Both the position numbers and the translations under genes were made by a program. This document shows, piece after piece, positions 49,039 to 58,345 of a stretch of DNA of 64,000 nt. The stretch's first letter is position 1. Each line of letters opens with the position of its first letter. The stretch is from the NCBI GenBank assembly GCA_963666975.2, contig CAXVYR010000002.1, forward strand, positions 128,001 through 192,000, written 5' to 3'. The DNA is from Terriglobia bacterium. Lineage in GTDB: Bacteria > Acidobacteriota > Terriglobia > 2-12-FULL-54-10. The notes under the pieces are model-generated. The model ran no database searches. It was not told the DNA's origin and saw only the letters and a list, made by a program, of their open reading frames with translations.

Positions 49039-49121
49039 CCTTTCCCCGCCTTGCTTTCCGATATTCCTTTGATCCCGAAATCAATCCCCAATGGCCGAAT
49101 TTTGTTGACGAATTTGTTGAC
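49039..49121. repeat. ~80-bp direct repeat, copy 1
   Basis: Matches 50199-50280 with 5 mismatches over the first 74 bp. Confidence 0.9.
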
Positions 49122-49189
49122 AAGTTTTTCCACTTGCCGGATTCGGCATGAAAGGGCTATCCTGCAAAGTAGGAGCAACGGAGCAGAGC

Positions 49190-49450
49190 ATGGCCCATCT
49201 TACGACGAGCAAAGCGAAAGAACTCCTGCCGGAAACTTTAGAGCGGGTTTCTCAAAACAGAGAGCGGGTGATTGTCCGACGCCGTGGAAAGGCCGTGGCC
49301 GCAATCGTCCCGATAGAGGACTTGGCGGCCCTGGAAGAGATGGAGGAACGCCTGGACGCCGAAGATTTTCGTGCCGCCAAGAAACGATGGCAGCGCGGGG
49401 GCTTAAAGACCGTTCCCTGGGACAAACTCAAAGTGGAACTCGGTCTATGA
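49190..49450 (+). CDS. Phd/YefM-family antitoxin
   Basis: TTSKAKELLPETLERV...VIVRRRGKAVAAIVPIED...EERLD pattern. Confidence 0.88.
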   Translation: MAHLTTSKAKELLPETLERVSQNRERVIVRRRGKAVAAIVPIEDLAALEEMEERLDAEDFRAAKKRWQRGGLKTVPWDKLKVELGL

Positions 49451-49459
49451 ATCACTCTC

Positions 49460-49714
49460 GTGGCCTGCCGTCTTGAATTCACTGCCGGGGCAGCCCGTCA
49501 ATTCCGAAAACTTCCGCAGCACGTCCAAACCCGGCTTGCACCCCTCATCAGCGTTCTGGTCGATCATCCACGCCCTGCCGGGGCAAAAAAACTGAAAGGA
49601 ACGGAGGGCTACCGCCTTCGTGTCGGAGATTACCGCGTCCTTTACGAAATCCAGGACACCGCTTCGCGGATTCTGATAGTAAGCGTGGGACACCGAAGAG
49701 AAGTGTATAGATAA
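49460..49714 (+). CDS. RelE/ParE-family toxin
   Basis: PRPAGAKKLKG..GYRLRVGDYRVLYEI...VGHRREVYR. Confidence 0.92.
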   Translation: MACRLEFTAGAARQFRKLPQHVQTRLAPLISVLVDHPRPAGAKKLKGTEGYRLRVGDYRVLYEIQDTASRILIVSVGHRREVYR

Positions 49715-49837
49715 GGTTTTATGCTGAGCGATTCCAGGCGTGCAGAACCGGGAGCTTTCGTGTACAGGCCATGTTCGTAACCTCTGTCAGATAGGGGCAT
49801 ACTGTGTCAGGATTGCCTCTCGGTGCCCATGTGAAAC

Positions 49838-49910
49838 CAATCCGAGCCGCGCGCGCCTGTCCCGAGCCCTGTCCCGAGCGAAGTCGAGGGAGAAGCCGAG
49901 GGATTGCCGA
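49838..49910. repeat. REP-like element, CCGAGCCGCG family
   Basis: AATCCGAGCCGCG..CCTGTCCCGAGC(x2)GAAG.CGAGGGA(x2); reverse of the 6530-6572 motif. Confidence 0.65.
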
Positions 49911-49921
49911 TGGGCGCGCGG

Positions 49922-50195
49922 CTAGAGCAATTTCATGGTTGCTGCATAGCTTTCCAGAACGCTCGTGAAGCCCCGGAGGGGCGCAAGAGTTTAGCCCACG
50001 GCGCCAGCCGTGGGTGGGAAAGGCCACGCCGGATCAGCCCCGGAGGGGCGAAAGAAGAGGGCCGGAGCGTCTTTCGCCCCTCTGGGGCTTGGGGTAATGC
50101 CGGCCCCCGTTGTCCCAGGGCTTACGCCCTGGGCTAGGTTCTGCCGCCCTTGCAGGGCTGTGAAGCACTCTACTCCAACTCTGAAACTGATTTAG
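49922..50195. mobile_element. MITE-like element carrying AGCCCCGGAGGGGCG REP dyads
   Basis: Imperfect 20-bp IR CTAGAGCAATTTCATGGTTG / CAACTCTGAAACTGATTTAG; nested palindromes CCCACGG/CCGTGGG and CCCAGGG/CCCTGGG. Confidence 0.65.
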
Positions 50196-50198
50196 AAT

Positions 50199-50280
50199 CC
50201 TTTCCCCGCCTTGCTTTCCGGTACTTCTGTAATCCCGAAATCAATCCCCAATGGCCGAATTTTGTTGACGAAATGTTGAC
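50199..50280. repeat. ~80-bp direct repeat, copy 2
   Basis: 1160 bp downstream of copy 1, same orientation. Confidence 0.9.
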
Positions 50281-50471
50281 GAGTTCTGGTTCCTAACGGA
50301 GTGAGGAACGTCTGATCTTTAGTTCCCGCGACAATTACCAAAATGCTATCTTGTTGATTTGTCTTGCTTAGTTCTGCACCTTGCAGCACGGTATAGTATG
50401 GTATTCGGCAGTTAATGGACCCATATCGGACCCAAATTTTCTCCGGTCGATCCGAAAGGGTGCCGCTTACC

Positions 50472-51371
50472 ATGGATCAACCAAAACCAGAAGGTGAACT
50501 CTTCTCCCGCCTTTACTTGGAGCGCGGCGCACCGGCGGCAGACAGCGCGCTATTCAGGAACCGTCTTGATGCCTAAGTAGAAACACACCATATTTTTCTC
50601 AATCAACCGATTGCCAATTACCTGAAGCAAGAGGGCGGACTGGTTATTAAGCTGCTCATGGCGCAGCCCGCCCTCTACGGTTTTAATGAATTCTTCACGA
50701 AGAGCCCCATTGACTCTGTCCTGAACGCGATCACGCTCATCTGGCGATTCTTCTACCAAGATGAATATCGCAAATGGATTTATACCGAAAGGGCGAAGAG
50801 TGTTGGGAAATGGGCCTATCCGCAAGCTGAGGCGTGGCAAGCGTTTGTCGCCCGCGCACTGCGCGAAGAGAACATGGCCTATTCACTGGATGAGAGCTGC
50901 GGGGTCCACTACCTGGTTGACGAGGAATTTGAGCGGAACCGGGTCTCGGCCCTGAGTTCCCTCGACGCACCCCGCTATGCCGGGGTGAGAGATGCGTTCG
51001 AGGCTGCTTATAGTTATCTTGATAGCCAACCTCCGGATACGAAGGCTTCAGTTCGCTCTACATTCGAGGCTATTGAGATCCTCGCTCGGCTAATTGATCC
51101 GCAAAGTAATAGACTTAACAAGCAACTCGTCGAGAATAAACTCAAACCGCTTGCCGTGAACCTTACGAGCGATCCCACCGAGAACAAAACTGTTGGCAAA
51201 TTATTCGATGGCATTGCGCAGTGGGTTGATGGTCTGCACAACTATCGGCACGGGCAAGGAGTCGAGCACCCGGTCGCACCCTCGCTCACCTTGGCTGTAT
51301 ACATTATCTCCAGCGGGGCTGCGGTCCTCCGATGGCTCGTGGAAATAGACACTAAACAGCAACAGCCTTGA
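50472..51371 (+). pseudogene. AbiJ-like/HEPN-type protein with premature TAA at 50574
   Basis: ATG 50472 (MDQPKPEGELFSRLYLERG) is in frame with ORF 50658-51371; C-terminal KASVRSTFEAIE...HNYRHG. Confidence 0.6.
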
Positions 51372-51528
51372 TCGGTGGCGTCGGTGTTTTGCTGGTCCCG
51401 CTTCGCATGTCGAAGCAGGATGCCCTAACAGTGAAGTGGGCCTCTCGAGTGTTGAAATTATGTGATTTTTGCACAGCCAAACGGGACCACTCCCTCCCAG
51501 TCGCGGCTCGGATTTTTTTACAGTCCAT

Positions 51529-52365
51529 TCAGAGAAATTCGTTCCTCAGCCGAGGGTCCAGGTAGTCGCGGAGCGCATCTCCCAGGAAATTGCAGGCAAG
51601 GATGGCCAGCATCACGGCCAGGGCCGGAAAGACGATCAGGTGCGGGGCGTCGAAGATATGGGCGCGGCCGTCATTGAGCATCGTCCCCCAACTGGGCGCG
51701 GGAGGAGGAACCCCCAAGCCCAGGAAGCTCAGCGTAGCTTCGGCGAGAATCGCCCCCCCCAGGCCGATGGCCGCCTGGATGATGACCGGCGAGACGATGT
51801 TCGGCCAGATATGGAAAATCAACAACCGCCAATCCGGCTCCCCCAAAGCGCGGGCCGCCTGCACATAATCAAGCTCTCTTTCTTTCAGGATTTCGCCGCG
51901 AATCAACCGCGCGTATCCGATCCACCCACCAATCGAAAGTGCGATCACAAGCTTCCAAATTCCAGGACCGAGAAAAGCGACGAACGCCAGAGCTAACAAG
52001 ACGCCGGGAAAAGCCAGAAGGGAATTGATGACGATCACGTTGATGAAGCGGTCCAGCAATCCTCCGTAAAAACCGGCCAACGATCCGATCACCGACCCGA
52101 CCAGCAGAGAGATCACCACCACGCTAATCCCCACCTGCAGCGAGATGCGCGCGCCATAGATAATGCGCGAAAGCACATCCCGGCCCAATTCGTCTGTTCC
52201 CAGCCAGTGGCCGCCGCCCGGACCCATTAACCGGCTGGGAAGTTCCTGAGCCGAGGGGTCCTGGGGAGCAAGCTGCGGAGCTGCCAGGCCGCAGAGCAGC
52301 AACAGCCCGATGATGGCAAGGCTAAACAGCGTGAGTGGATTGCGTACCATGGTTGTTGGCTTCAA
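51529..52365 (-). CDS. Peptide/nickel ABC transporter permease (DppC-like)
   Basis: HWLGTDELGRDVLSR, YVQAARALG and EATLSFLGLG...PSWG motifs. Confidence 0.93.
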   Translation of the reverse strand: MKPTTMVRNPLTLFSLAIIGLLLLCGLAAPQLAPQDPSAQELPSRLMGPGGGHWLGTDELGRDVLSRIIYGARISLQVGISVVVISLLVGSVIGSLAGFYGGLLDRFINVIVINSLLAFPGVLLALAFVAFLGPGIWKLVIALSIGGWIGYARLIRGEILKERELDYVQAARALGEPDWRLLIFHIWPNIVSPVIIQAAIGLGGAILAEATLSFLGLGVPPPAPSWGTMLNDGRAHIFDAPHLIVFPALAVMLAILACNFLGDALRDYLDPRLRNEFL

Positions 52366-52388
52366 CGAATTACTTTAACGACGTAATT

Positions 52389-53330
52389 TCACCCTTGGCG
52401 GATGCGGGGGTCCACTAAGGTATAGACCATATCGGTCAGCAGGTTCACCGCAATGTAGGTGACCGATATGGCGAGAAAACATCCTTGCACCAGCGGGTAG
52501 TCGCGGGAATGGATGGCTTCGAGTGTCAACCGTCCGATGCCCGGCCAGGAGAAGATCGTTTCCGTGACCATGGCGCCGGTCAGCAAGGCTCCGAATTGCA
52601 GGCCCACCAGCGTCACCACCGGAATCAACCCGTTGCGCAGAGTGTGTTTGTACAGGACTGCCCGCTCGGGCAGGCCCTTCGCCCTGGCGGTTCGCACGTA
52701 GTCCTGGCCGAGTTGCTCCAGCACAGAGGTGCGCACCATCCGTGTGAGAATCGCCGCCATTGCCGTGCCGAGCGTCAGCGCGGGAAGGATCAGGTGCGCG
52801 AGCGCTCCCCGGCCTGACACCGGCAGCCAGTTGAGCTGCAAAGCAAAGACCAGGATGAGCACCGGGCCCAAGGCAAAGTTGGGGACCGAGAGCCCCAGCA
52901 AGCTGACGAATCCCAGCACACGGTCCCGCCATTTGCCTCGGTGCACGGCGGAGACGACTCCGGCGGGGATCGAAAACAACAGAGCCACCAGCAGCGCTGC
53001 CAAGGTCAGCTCCATCGTAGCCGGGTAGCGAGCCAGGATGATGCCCGTAACAGGTGAGTTGAAGCGGAAGGAGTCGCCGAGGTCGCCCCGGAACAGCCCC
53101 GTTAAATAATTCCGGTACTGCACCGGCAGCGGCAGGTCCAGCCCCAAAGCGCGCCGCATCTGCTCGACATCCCCCGCCCGCGCGCCCTCCCCCAGCATCT
53201 GCTGCACGGGATCACCCGGAACCAAGTGAATCAAAAAAAATACCAGGGTAATGACGATAAAAATGACAGGCAGTGTGTAGAGAATACGGTTTGCTAGGTA
53301 TCGGACAGCGGAGGGTGAAGAGATGTTCAT
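52389..53330 (-). CDS. Peptide/nickel ABC transporter permease (DppB-like)
   Basis: PGDP, GDLGDS, DYVRTARAKG, ETIFSWPGIG and RDYP motifs. Confidence 0.93.
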   Translation of the reverse strand: MNISSPSAVRYLANRILYTLPVIFIVITLVFFLIHLVPGDPVQQMLGEGARAGDVEQMRRALGLDLPLPVQYRNYLTGLFRGDLGDSFRFNSPVTGIILARYPATMELTLAALLVALLFSIPAGVVSAVHRGKWRDRVLGFVSLLGLSVPNFALGPVLILVFALQLNWLPVSGRGALAHLILPALTLGTAMAAILTRMVRTSVLEQLGQDYVRTARAKGLPERAVLYKHTLRNGLIPVVTLVGLQFGALLTGAMVTETIFSWPGIGRLTLEAIHSRDYPLVQGCFLAISVTYIAVNLLTDMVYTLVDPRIRQG

Positions 53331-53409
53331 CGGTTTCTGGCGAAACCGGAGTATAACAGAGAGCCTTCGGGACGGGATATCCCCTTTCAGAATGTCCACT
53401 GGCCGCGTT

Positions 53410-53437
53410 GCATTCAGCATTCCGCATTCCACATTCC
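53410..53437. repeat. Four 7-bp tandem units RCATTCM
   Basis: GCATTCA GCATTCC GCATTCC ACATTCC. Confidence 0.75.
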
Positions 53438-53499
53438 ACCTCCAGCGCGGTTCCCCGGCGCCGTGCTATACTGGATTGCCATTCGGAAGGAGGGCGGAT

Positions 53500-55725
53500 A
53501 TGGCCGACCTAAGGATGCGACCAGGCTTCATTATTACTGCGAGCATCGTGCTGTTAGTGTTGGTGGTCAGTCTTTTCGGGCTGACCTCGTTGAACCTCCC
53601 TTTTATCAGCCCCAGCGGTTCCGCACAGACCATTCTGCTGTTTGTTCTATCCACCATTATTTTCCTCAGCCTGGTGATTCTCGGGTTCATTCTGTTTCGA
53701 AGCATTCTGAAACTTTACCTGGAGCGGCGGGCCAGCCAACCGGGGTCCAAGTTCAAAACCAAGATGGTATGCGGCGCGCTGGGCCTGTCGCTGTTGCCGG
53801 TCTGCTTTCTGTTTCTGTTTTCCTACAGTCTGATCAACCGCACCCTGGACAAATGGTTTAGCCGTCCCCTGGAGGCGGTCGGTTTGGAGGCAAAGGCCAT
53901 CGTGGATGGGCTGGAGCAGTTCGCGCGAAGCAGGGCGGAAGCCGATGCCAGGATGCTGGCGTTGGATTTGGAAACGGCGGGGGCTGCCAGCGAGAATGGG
54001 CGCGCCGGGATCGAACAAAGATTTCGGACGCTCCGCCAGCCCGATGGAATGGATTACCTTGCGGTGCTCGATGCAGCGGGGGAGCTGTTGCTGGAACGCC
54101 GTTTCCGTTCGGAGTTGCCGGACCTCTCCGCTGCTTTTCCGGCCGGGCAGCAGCCGGGAGACGGCGAGGTGTTCTCGGCGTTCGCCGAATTCGGCGCCCG
54201 GAGCTATGCGCTGGCTCAGGCGCCCTTGCAAATTGCCGGGGAGGAAGCCGGGGCTGTCGTGGTGGGGATGGGAATCCCCGTGCAAATCTCGGAAAGCGCG
54301 GCCCGCTTGCGTCAAGAAAGCATCCTCTATGAAGAACTCAGCCAGGAGCGGAAATCCCTGCGCCAGACATACATTTCCATCCTGTTCCTGCTCACTCTCC
54401 TGATTCTGTTCATTGCCACGTGGTTTGCTCTCTTCCTGTCGCGGCAGGTCACGGTGCCCATTCAAGCTCTTGCCGAAGCAACCCATGAAGTCTCTCGCGG
54501 CAATCTGTATTACCGTGTAAAGGCGAAAGCCGCCGATGAATTAGGCATTCTGGTCCAGTCTTTTAACGAGATGACGGGACAACTGGCCGCGGGACGAGCG
54601 GAACTGGAAAAGTCTCGCAACCATCTGGAGCAGGTAAACACGCAGTTGGACCAAAGGCGTCGCTTCACGGAAGCGATTCTGGAAAGCATTCCGACGGGTG
54701 TAATTTCCGTTTCCCAGGAAGGGACGGTTCTTGGAACCAACTCGGCTGCGCGCCGTCTTTTCGATTGTGACTTAAGCACGGTCGGTCATTTGTCGAATCT
54801 TTTTTCTCTGGAAGATATGCGGGAGTTGGATTACCTGATGAAGCGAGCCGTGCGAGTGGGGCAGGCTTCGCGCCAGTTGGAGATGAAACTCAATGGGCGT
54901 GCCGTGCACTTGGCCGTCACGGTTGCAGCCCTTGCCGGGGAGCCGCCCGCTTCCACGCGGAATGGCCCGGATGCAAGCTGGTTTGTCATCGTGCTGGAGG
55001 ACCTGAGCGATCTGCTGCGGGCTCAGAAGGAAGCCGCTTGGGGCGAAGTGGCCCAGCGAATTGCGCACGAGATCAAAAATCCCCTGACGCCGATTGCGCT
55101 CTCAGCCGAGCGGATCAACCTGTGGCTGAAGCGGCCTCCCCAATCCCGGGAGAACTCGCCGGAGCTCAGCCAGGTGGTCCGGGAGTCGTGCGCTCTGATC
55201 GACCAGGAGGTGGAAAATTTGCGGCATCTGGTGGATACCTTTTCTCAATTTGCCCAGTTTCCCAAAGCACATCCCGCCCCAGCCGACCTGAACCAGATTG
55301 TGGGAAGCGCCCTGGGTTTGTTCGACGGACGCCTGGACGGGATTCGCATCCGTGCTGACCTGGCAGCAGCGCTGCCAATGGTGCAAGTGGATGCCAACCA
55401 CTTTCGGCGGGTCTTTGTTAATTTGATTGATAACGCCGCCGAGGCGATGGAGGCCTCCCCGGTGCGCGAGTTGGTGGTTGCCACGCGATCCGATTCGCAA
55501 CGGGAAGTTGTAGAGGTGATCGTGGCGGACACGGGTTCGGGAGTGACTCTGGAGGAAAGAGAAAAACTGTTTTTGCCCTATTTCTCCACGAAGGATCGCG
55601 GGACGGGCCTCGGGCTGGCTATCGTCAGCCGGATTGTCACCGAGCACGGTGGCATCATCCGGGTGGAAGAAAACCAGCCGGCGGGAGCCCGGTTCATCAT
55701 CGAGCTGCCGATTCTGGCAGCCTAG
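53500..55725 (+). CDS. NtrY-like sensor kinase (TM-HAMP-PAS-HisKA-HATPase)
   Basis: AAWGEVAQRIAHEIKNPLTPI, PYFSTK and GTGLGL motifs; AAGGAGG RBS. Confidence 0.92.
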   Translation: MADLRMRPGFIITASIVLLVLVVSLFGLTSLNLPFISPSGSAQTILLFVLSTIIFLSLVILGFILFRSILKLYLERRASQPGSKFKTKMVCGALGLSLLPVCFLFLFSYSLINRTLDKWFSRPLEAVGLEAKAIVDGLEQFARSRAEADARMLALDLETAGAASENGRAGIEQRFRTLRQPDGMDYLAVLDAAGELLLERRFRSELPDLSAAFPAGQQPGDGEVFSAFAEFGARSYALAQAPLQIAGEEAGAVVVGMGIPVQISESAARLRQESILYEELSQERKSLRQTYISILFLLTLLILFIATWFALFLSRQVTVPIQALAEATHEVSRGNLYYRVKAKAADELGILVQSFNEMTGQLAAGRAELEKSRNHLEQVNTQLDQRRRFTEAILESIPTGVISVSQEGTVLGTNSAARRLFDCDLSTVGHLSNLFSLEDMRELDYLMKRAVRVGQASRQLEMKLNGRAVHLAVTVAALAGEPPASTRNGPDASWFVIVLEDLSDLLRAQKEAAWGEVAQRIAHEIKNPLTPIALSAERINLWLKRPPQSRENSPELSQVVRESCALIDQEVENLRHLVDTFSQFAQFPKAHPAPADLNQIVGSALGLFDGRLDGIRIRADLAAALPMVQVDANHFRRVFVNLIDNAAEAMEASPVRELVVATRSDSQREVVEVIVADTGSGVTLEEREKLFLPYFSTKDRGTGLGLAIVSRIVTEHGGIIRVEENQPAGARFIIELPILAA

Positions 55726-55829
55726 AGTGGGATTCAAAAGCTGGCGTGCGCTATGAACGCCGGTACAGACTGGTCTCCGCCGGGATTCATTGCTTCGCTC
55801 CTGCCGGTTGCCCCGAACAAATACTTGCC

Positions 55830-57185
55830 ATGAAAGGACAACTTCTTTTAGTAGACGACGAACAGGGAATTCGGCAATCCCTTTCGGCGGTTCTGCAAGA
55901 CGAAGGCTATCGAGTGCTGGCCGTAGCGACAGGAGAGGAATGTCTGCGGGCGCTGGAGACGGACCGTTTTCACCTAGTGCTGCTCGATGTCTGGATGCGT
56001 GGTTTGGACGGATTGGAGGTGCTCCGCCGGCTTCAGGAAACGCATCCGGAGACGGTGGTCGTGATGATCTCCGGTCATGGCACGGTGGAAACTGCCGTGC
56101 GAGCCACGAAACTGGGCGCCTTTGATTTTCTGGAGAAGCCGCTCTCCATTGAGCGAACGCTGGTGGTGGTGAAGAACGCTCTGGAGCACCAGACGCTGCT
56201 CGAAGAGAATCGCCAGCTCCGCGACCAATTGGAAGTCCGCTACCGCATCATCGGCGAGAGCGTGCCGGTCAAGGCGCTGCGGCAGCAGCTGGCTCTGATG
56301 GCGCCCACCAACGGCCGCGTGCTGATCTACGGGGAGAGCGGGACCGGCAAGGAGCTGGTGGCGCACGCCCTCCACACGCAAAGCCTACGGGCCAAGCACC
56401 CCTTTGTGGAACTCAACTGCGCCGCCATTCCCGAGGAATTGATTGAGAACGAGCTGTTCGGGCACGTCAAGGGAAGCTTCACCGGGGCGCTCGATGACAA
56501 GGTGGGGAAGTTTCAGAAGGCCGACTGCGGGACGCTGTTTCTGGACGAGGTGGGAGACATGAGTCTCAAGACCCAATCCAAGGTTCTGAGGGCTCTGGAA
56601 GAACAGCGGTTCGAGCCGGTGGGAGCCTCCACCAGCGTCAGCGTGGACGTGCGCGTGATCGCCGCCACCAACAAAGTCCTGGAAGAGGAAATTACCAGGG
56701 GCAACTTTCGCGAAGACCTTTTTTACCGACTGAATGTGGTGCCCTTTGTCGTCCCGCCTTTGCGGGAGCGCGTGGAGGATGTTCCTCTGCTGGCGCAACA
56801 TTTTCTGCGGGAATTTTGCGCGAGCTACGGCCGGAAGCCTAAAGAGCTGGCTCCGGAGGCCATGGAGGTCTTGACGGCTTACAGTTGGCCGGGGAACGTT
56901 CGGGAATTAAAGAACCTGATCGAGCGAATCGTCATCATGAACTCCCAGCCGCTGATCCAGAAAAAGGATTTGCCGTCGCTGTTGTACCGGGACAATTCCC
57001 GGCGCACGGCAGCCGCGGAGGCTTCCACCTTGCAGCAGGCCCGCGCCGCTTATGAAAAAGATTTTATCCTGCGGAAGCTGGAAGAAAACAAAGGCAACGT
57101 CAGCCGGACGGCGGAGCTGCTGGGGCTGGAACGCAGCCACCTCTACCGCAAGATGAAAACCCTCGGCATTGCTCTGAATAGCTGA
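55830..57185 (+). CDS. NtrX-like sigma54-type response regulator
   Basis: Receiver domain, GESGTGKE, GSFTGA, FLDEV, WPGNVREL, Fis HTH. Confidence 0.93.
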   Translation: MKGQLLLVDDEQGIRQSLSAVLQDEGYRVLAVATGEECLRALETDRFHLVLLDVWMRGLDGLEVLRRLQETHPETVVVMISGHGTVETAVRATKLGAFDFLEKPLSIERTLVVVKNALEHQTLLEENRQLRDQLEVRYRIIGESVPVKALRQQLALMAPTNGRVLIYGESGTGKELVAHALHTQSLRAKHPFVELNCAAIPEELIENELFGHVKGSFTGALDDKVGKFQKADCGTLFLDEVGDMSLKTQSKVLRALEEQRFEPVGASTSVSVDVRVIAATNKVLEEEITRGNFREDLFYRLNVVPFVVPPLRERVEDVPLLAQHFLREFCASYGRKPKELAPEAMEVLTAYSWPGNVRELKNLIERIVIMNSQPLIQKKDLPSLLYRDNSRRTAAAEASTLQQARAAYEKDFILRKLEENKGNVSRTAELLGLERSHLYRKMKTLGIALNS

Positions 57186-57278
57186 CGCCGTTCCGGATCG
57201 TCCGGGATTATTTCCTGTGACCCACACTAGCAGTGCTTCGAGAAGTGGGGAGTGGAAGATGCTTCCAAACTGCATTCA

Positions 57279-58118
57279 TTACGAGAACAGTCTGCGGGCC
57301 GCCGCTTCCATGGTGTTCTCAATCTCTGGCGTCTCGCCGGACAGGAACGACAGATTGATTTGGCCGGCGCCTGCCTGGCGAAGCTGCTCGACATCTTCCC
57401 GGCTGATTTCAGGATTGGCGCCCACGGCCACCGTGAAATTGCTTTTGCCCTTTTGTCGTGCATACTCCTTTACCGCCCCGACCTTCTTGCAGACCTTATC
57501 CAAACGGCCTCCGGTTCCCAGCCAGCCGTCGCCCAGCTCCACGGCGCGTCTCAAGGCGGGCTCGGCGAAACCTCCAAACCAAATGGGCGGCCCGCCGGGC
57601 TGGAGGGGCAGCGGGTAGGAGGTGACTTCGGCGAAGTTGTAATACCGTCCCTCGTGACGGAGCTTTCCCGAGGCCCAAACCTTTCGCAAGACATCGACCG
57701 ACTCGCTCACCCGTCCTACCCGCTGCCCGAAAGGAATTCCCAGTGCCTGGTACTCTTCGGCCAGCCATCCCAGTCCCACTCCCAGCATGGCGCGCCCGCC
57801 GGAAAAGACATCGAGCGTCGAGATAGCCTTGGCGACCTGCAAAGGATGCCGCAAGGCCAGGAGCAGGATGCCGGTTCCCAGACGGATCTGGGACGTTTCG
57901 GCGGCCAGATAGGCAAGCGTTGTGACCGGCTCCAGAAAAGACATCTCGGGGCTGAACGGAATCTTGCCGTAAGCATCGGAAATCTCGGTGGGGAAGGCTG
58001 TGTGCTCAAAAAGCCATAAAGAGTGAAATCCCAGTTGGTCGGCTTTGCGCGCCGCGCGCCGCAATCTCTCCGGATCAGCCATGGGGCCAACGCCGGTTAG
58101 GACCACTCCATAATCCAT
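57279..58118 (-). CDS. LLM-class (putatively F420-dependent) oxidoreductase
   Basis: GFHSLWLFEH, LAAETSQIRLGT, GVGLGWLAEE, PIWFGG and ELGDGW motifs. Confidence 0.85.
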   Translation of the reverse strand: MDYGVVLTGVGPMADPERLRRAARKADQLGFHSLWLFEHTAFPTEISDAYGKIPFSPEMSFLEPVTTLAYLAAETSQIRLGTGILLLALRHPLQVAKAISTLDVFSGGRAMLGVGLGWLAEEYQALGIPFGQRVGRVSESVDVLRKVWASGKLRHEGRYYNFAEVTSYPLPLQPGGPPIWFGGFAEPALRRAVELGDGWLGTGGRLDKVCKKVGAVKEYARQKGKSNFTVAVGANPEISREDVEQLRQAGAGQINLSFLSGETPEIENTMEAAARRLFS

Positions 58119-58162
58119 ATGACTTGCTCTCCTTGTAACAGTTTATGGAAAAAACCTTCCCG

Positions 58163-58284
58163 CTGTCATTCCGAGGGCCGCTGTGCCTTGTCGGCCCGAG
58201 GAATCTGCTTGCCGGCAATATGTTCGAAAAGCAGATGCTTCGCGGAGTTTATCCTGAGCAACGCCGAAGGGCTCAACATGACAG
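58163..58284. repeat. REP-like palindromic element (TGTCAT...ATGACA family)
   Basis: CTGTCAT/ATGACAG ends; inner ATCTGCTT/AAGCAGAT. Confidence 0.7.
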
Positions 58285-58345
58285 CAGGATGGAGGTGTCG
58301 GGCACGTATTTATGAGATACAACACCAGCAACCAACCTGGCGGCC

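Noticed and set aside
49039-50280. Repeats as integron attC sites or as a coding duplication (FVNKIRPLGIDFG on the minus strand)
   Set aside because: No RYYYAAC...GTTRRRY palindrome; the differences are mostly non-synonymous and the surrounding ORFs are not protein-like
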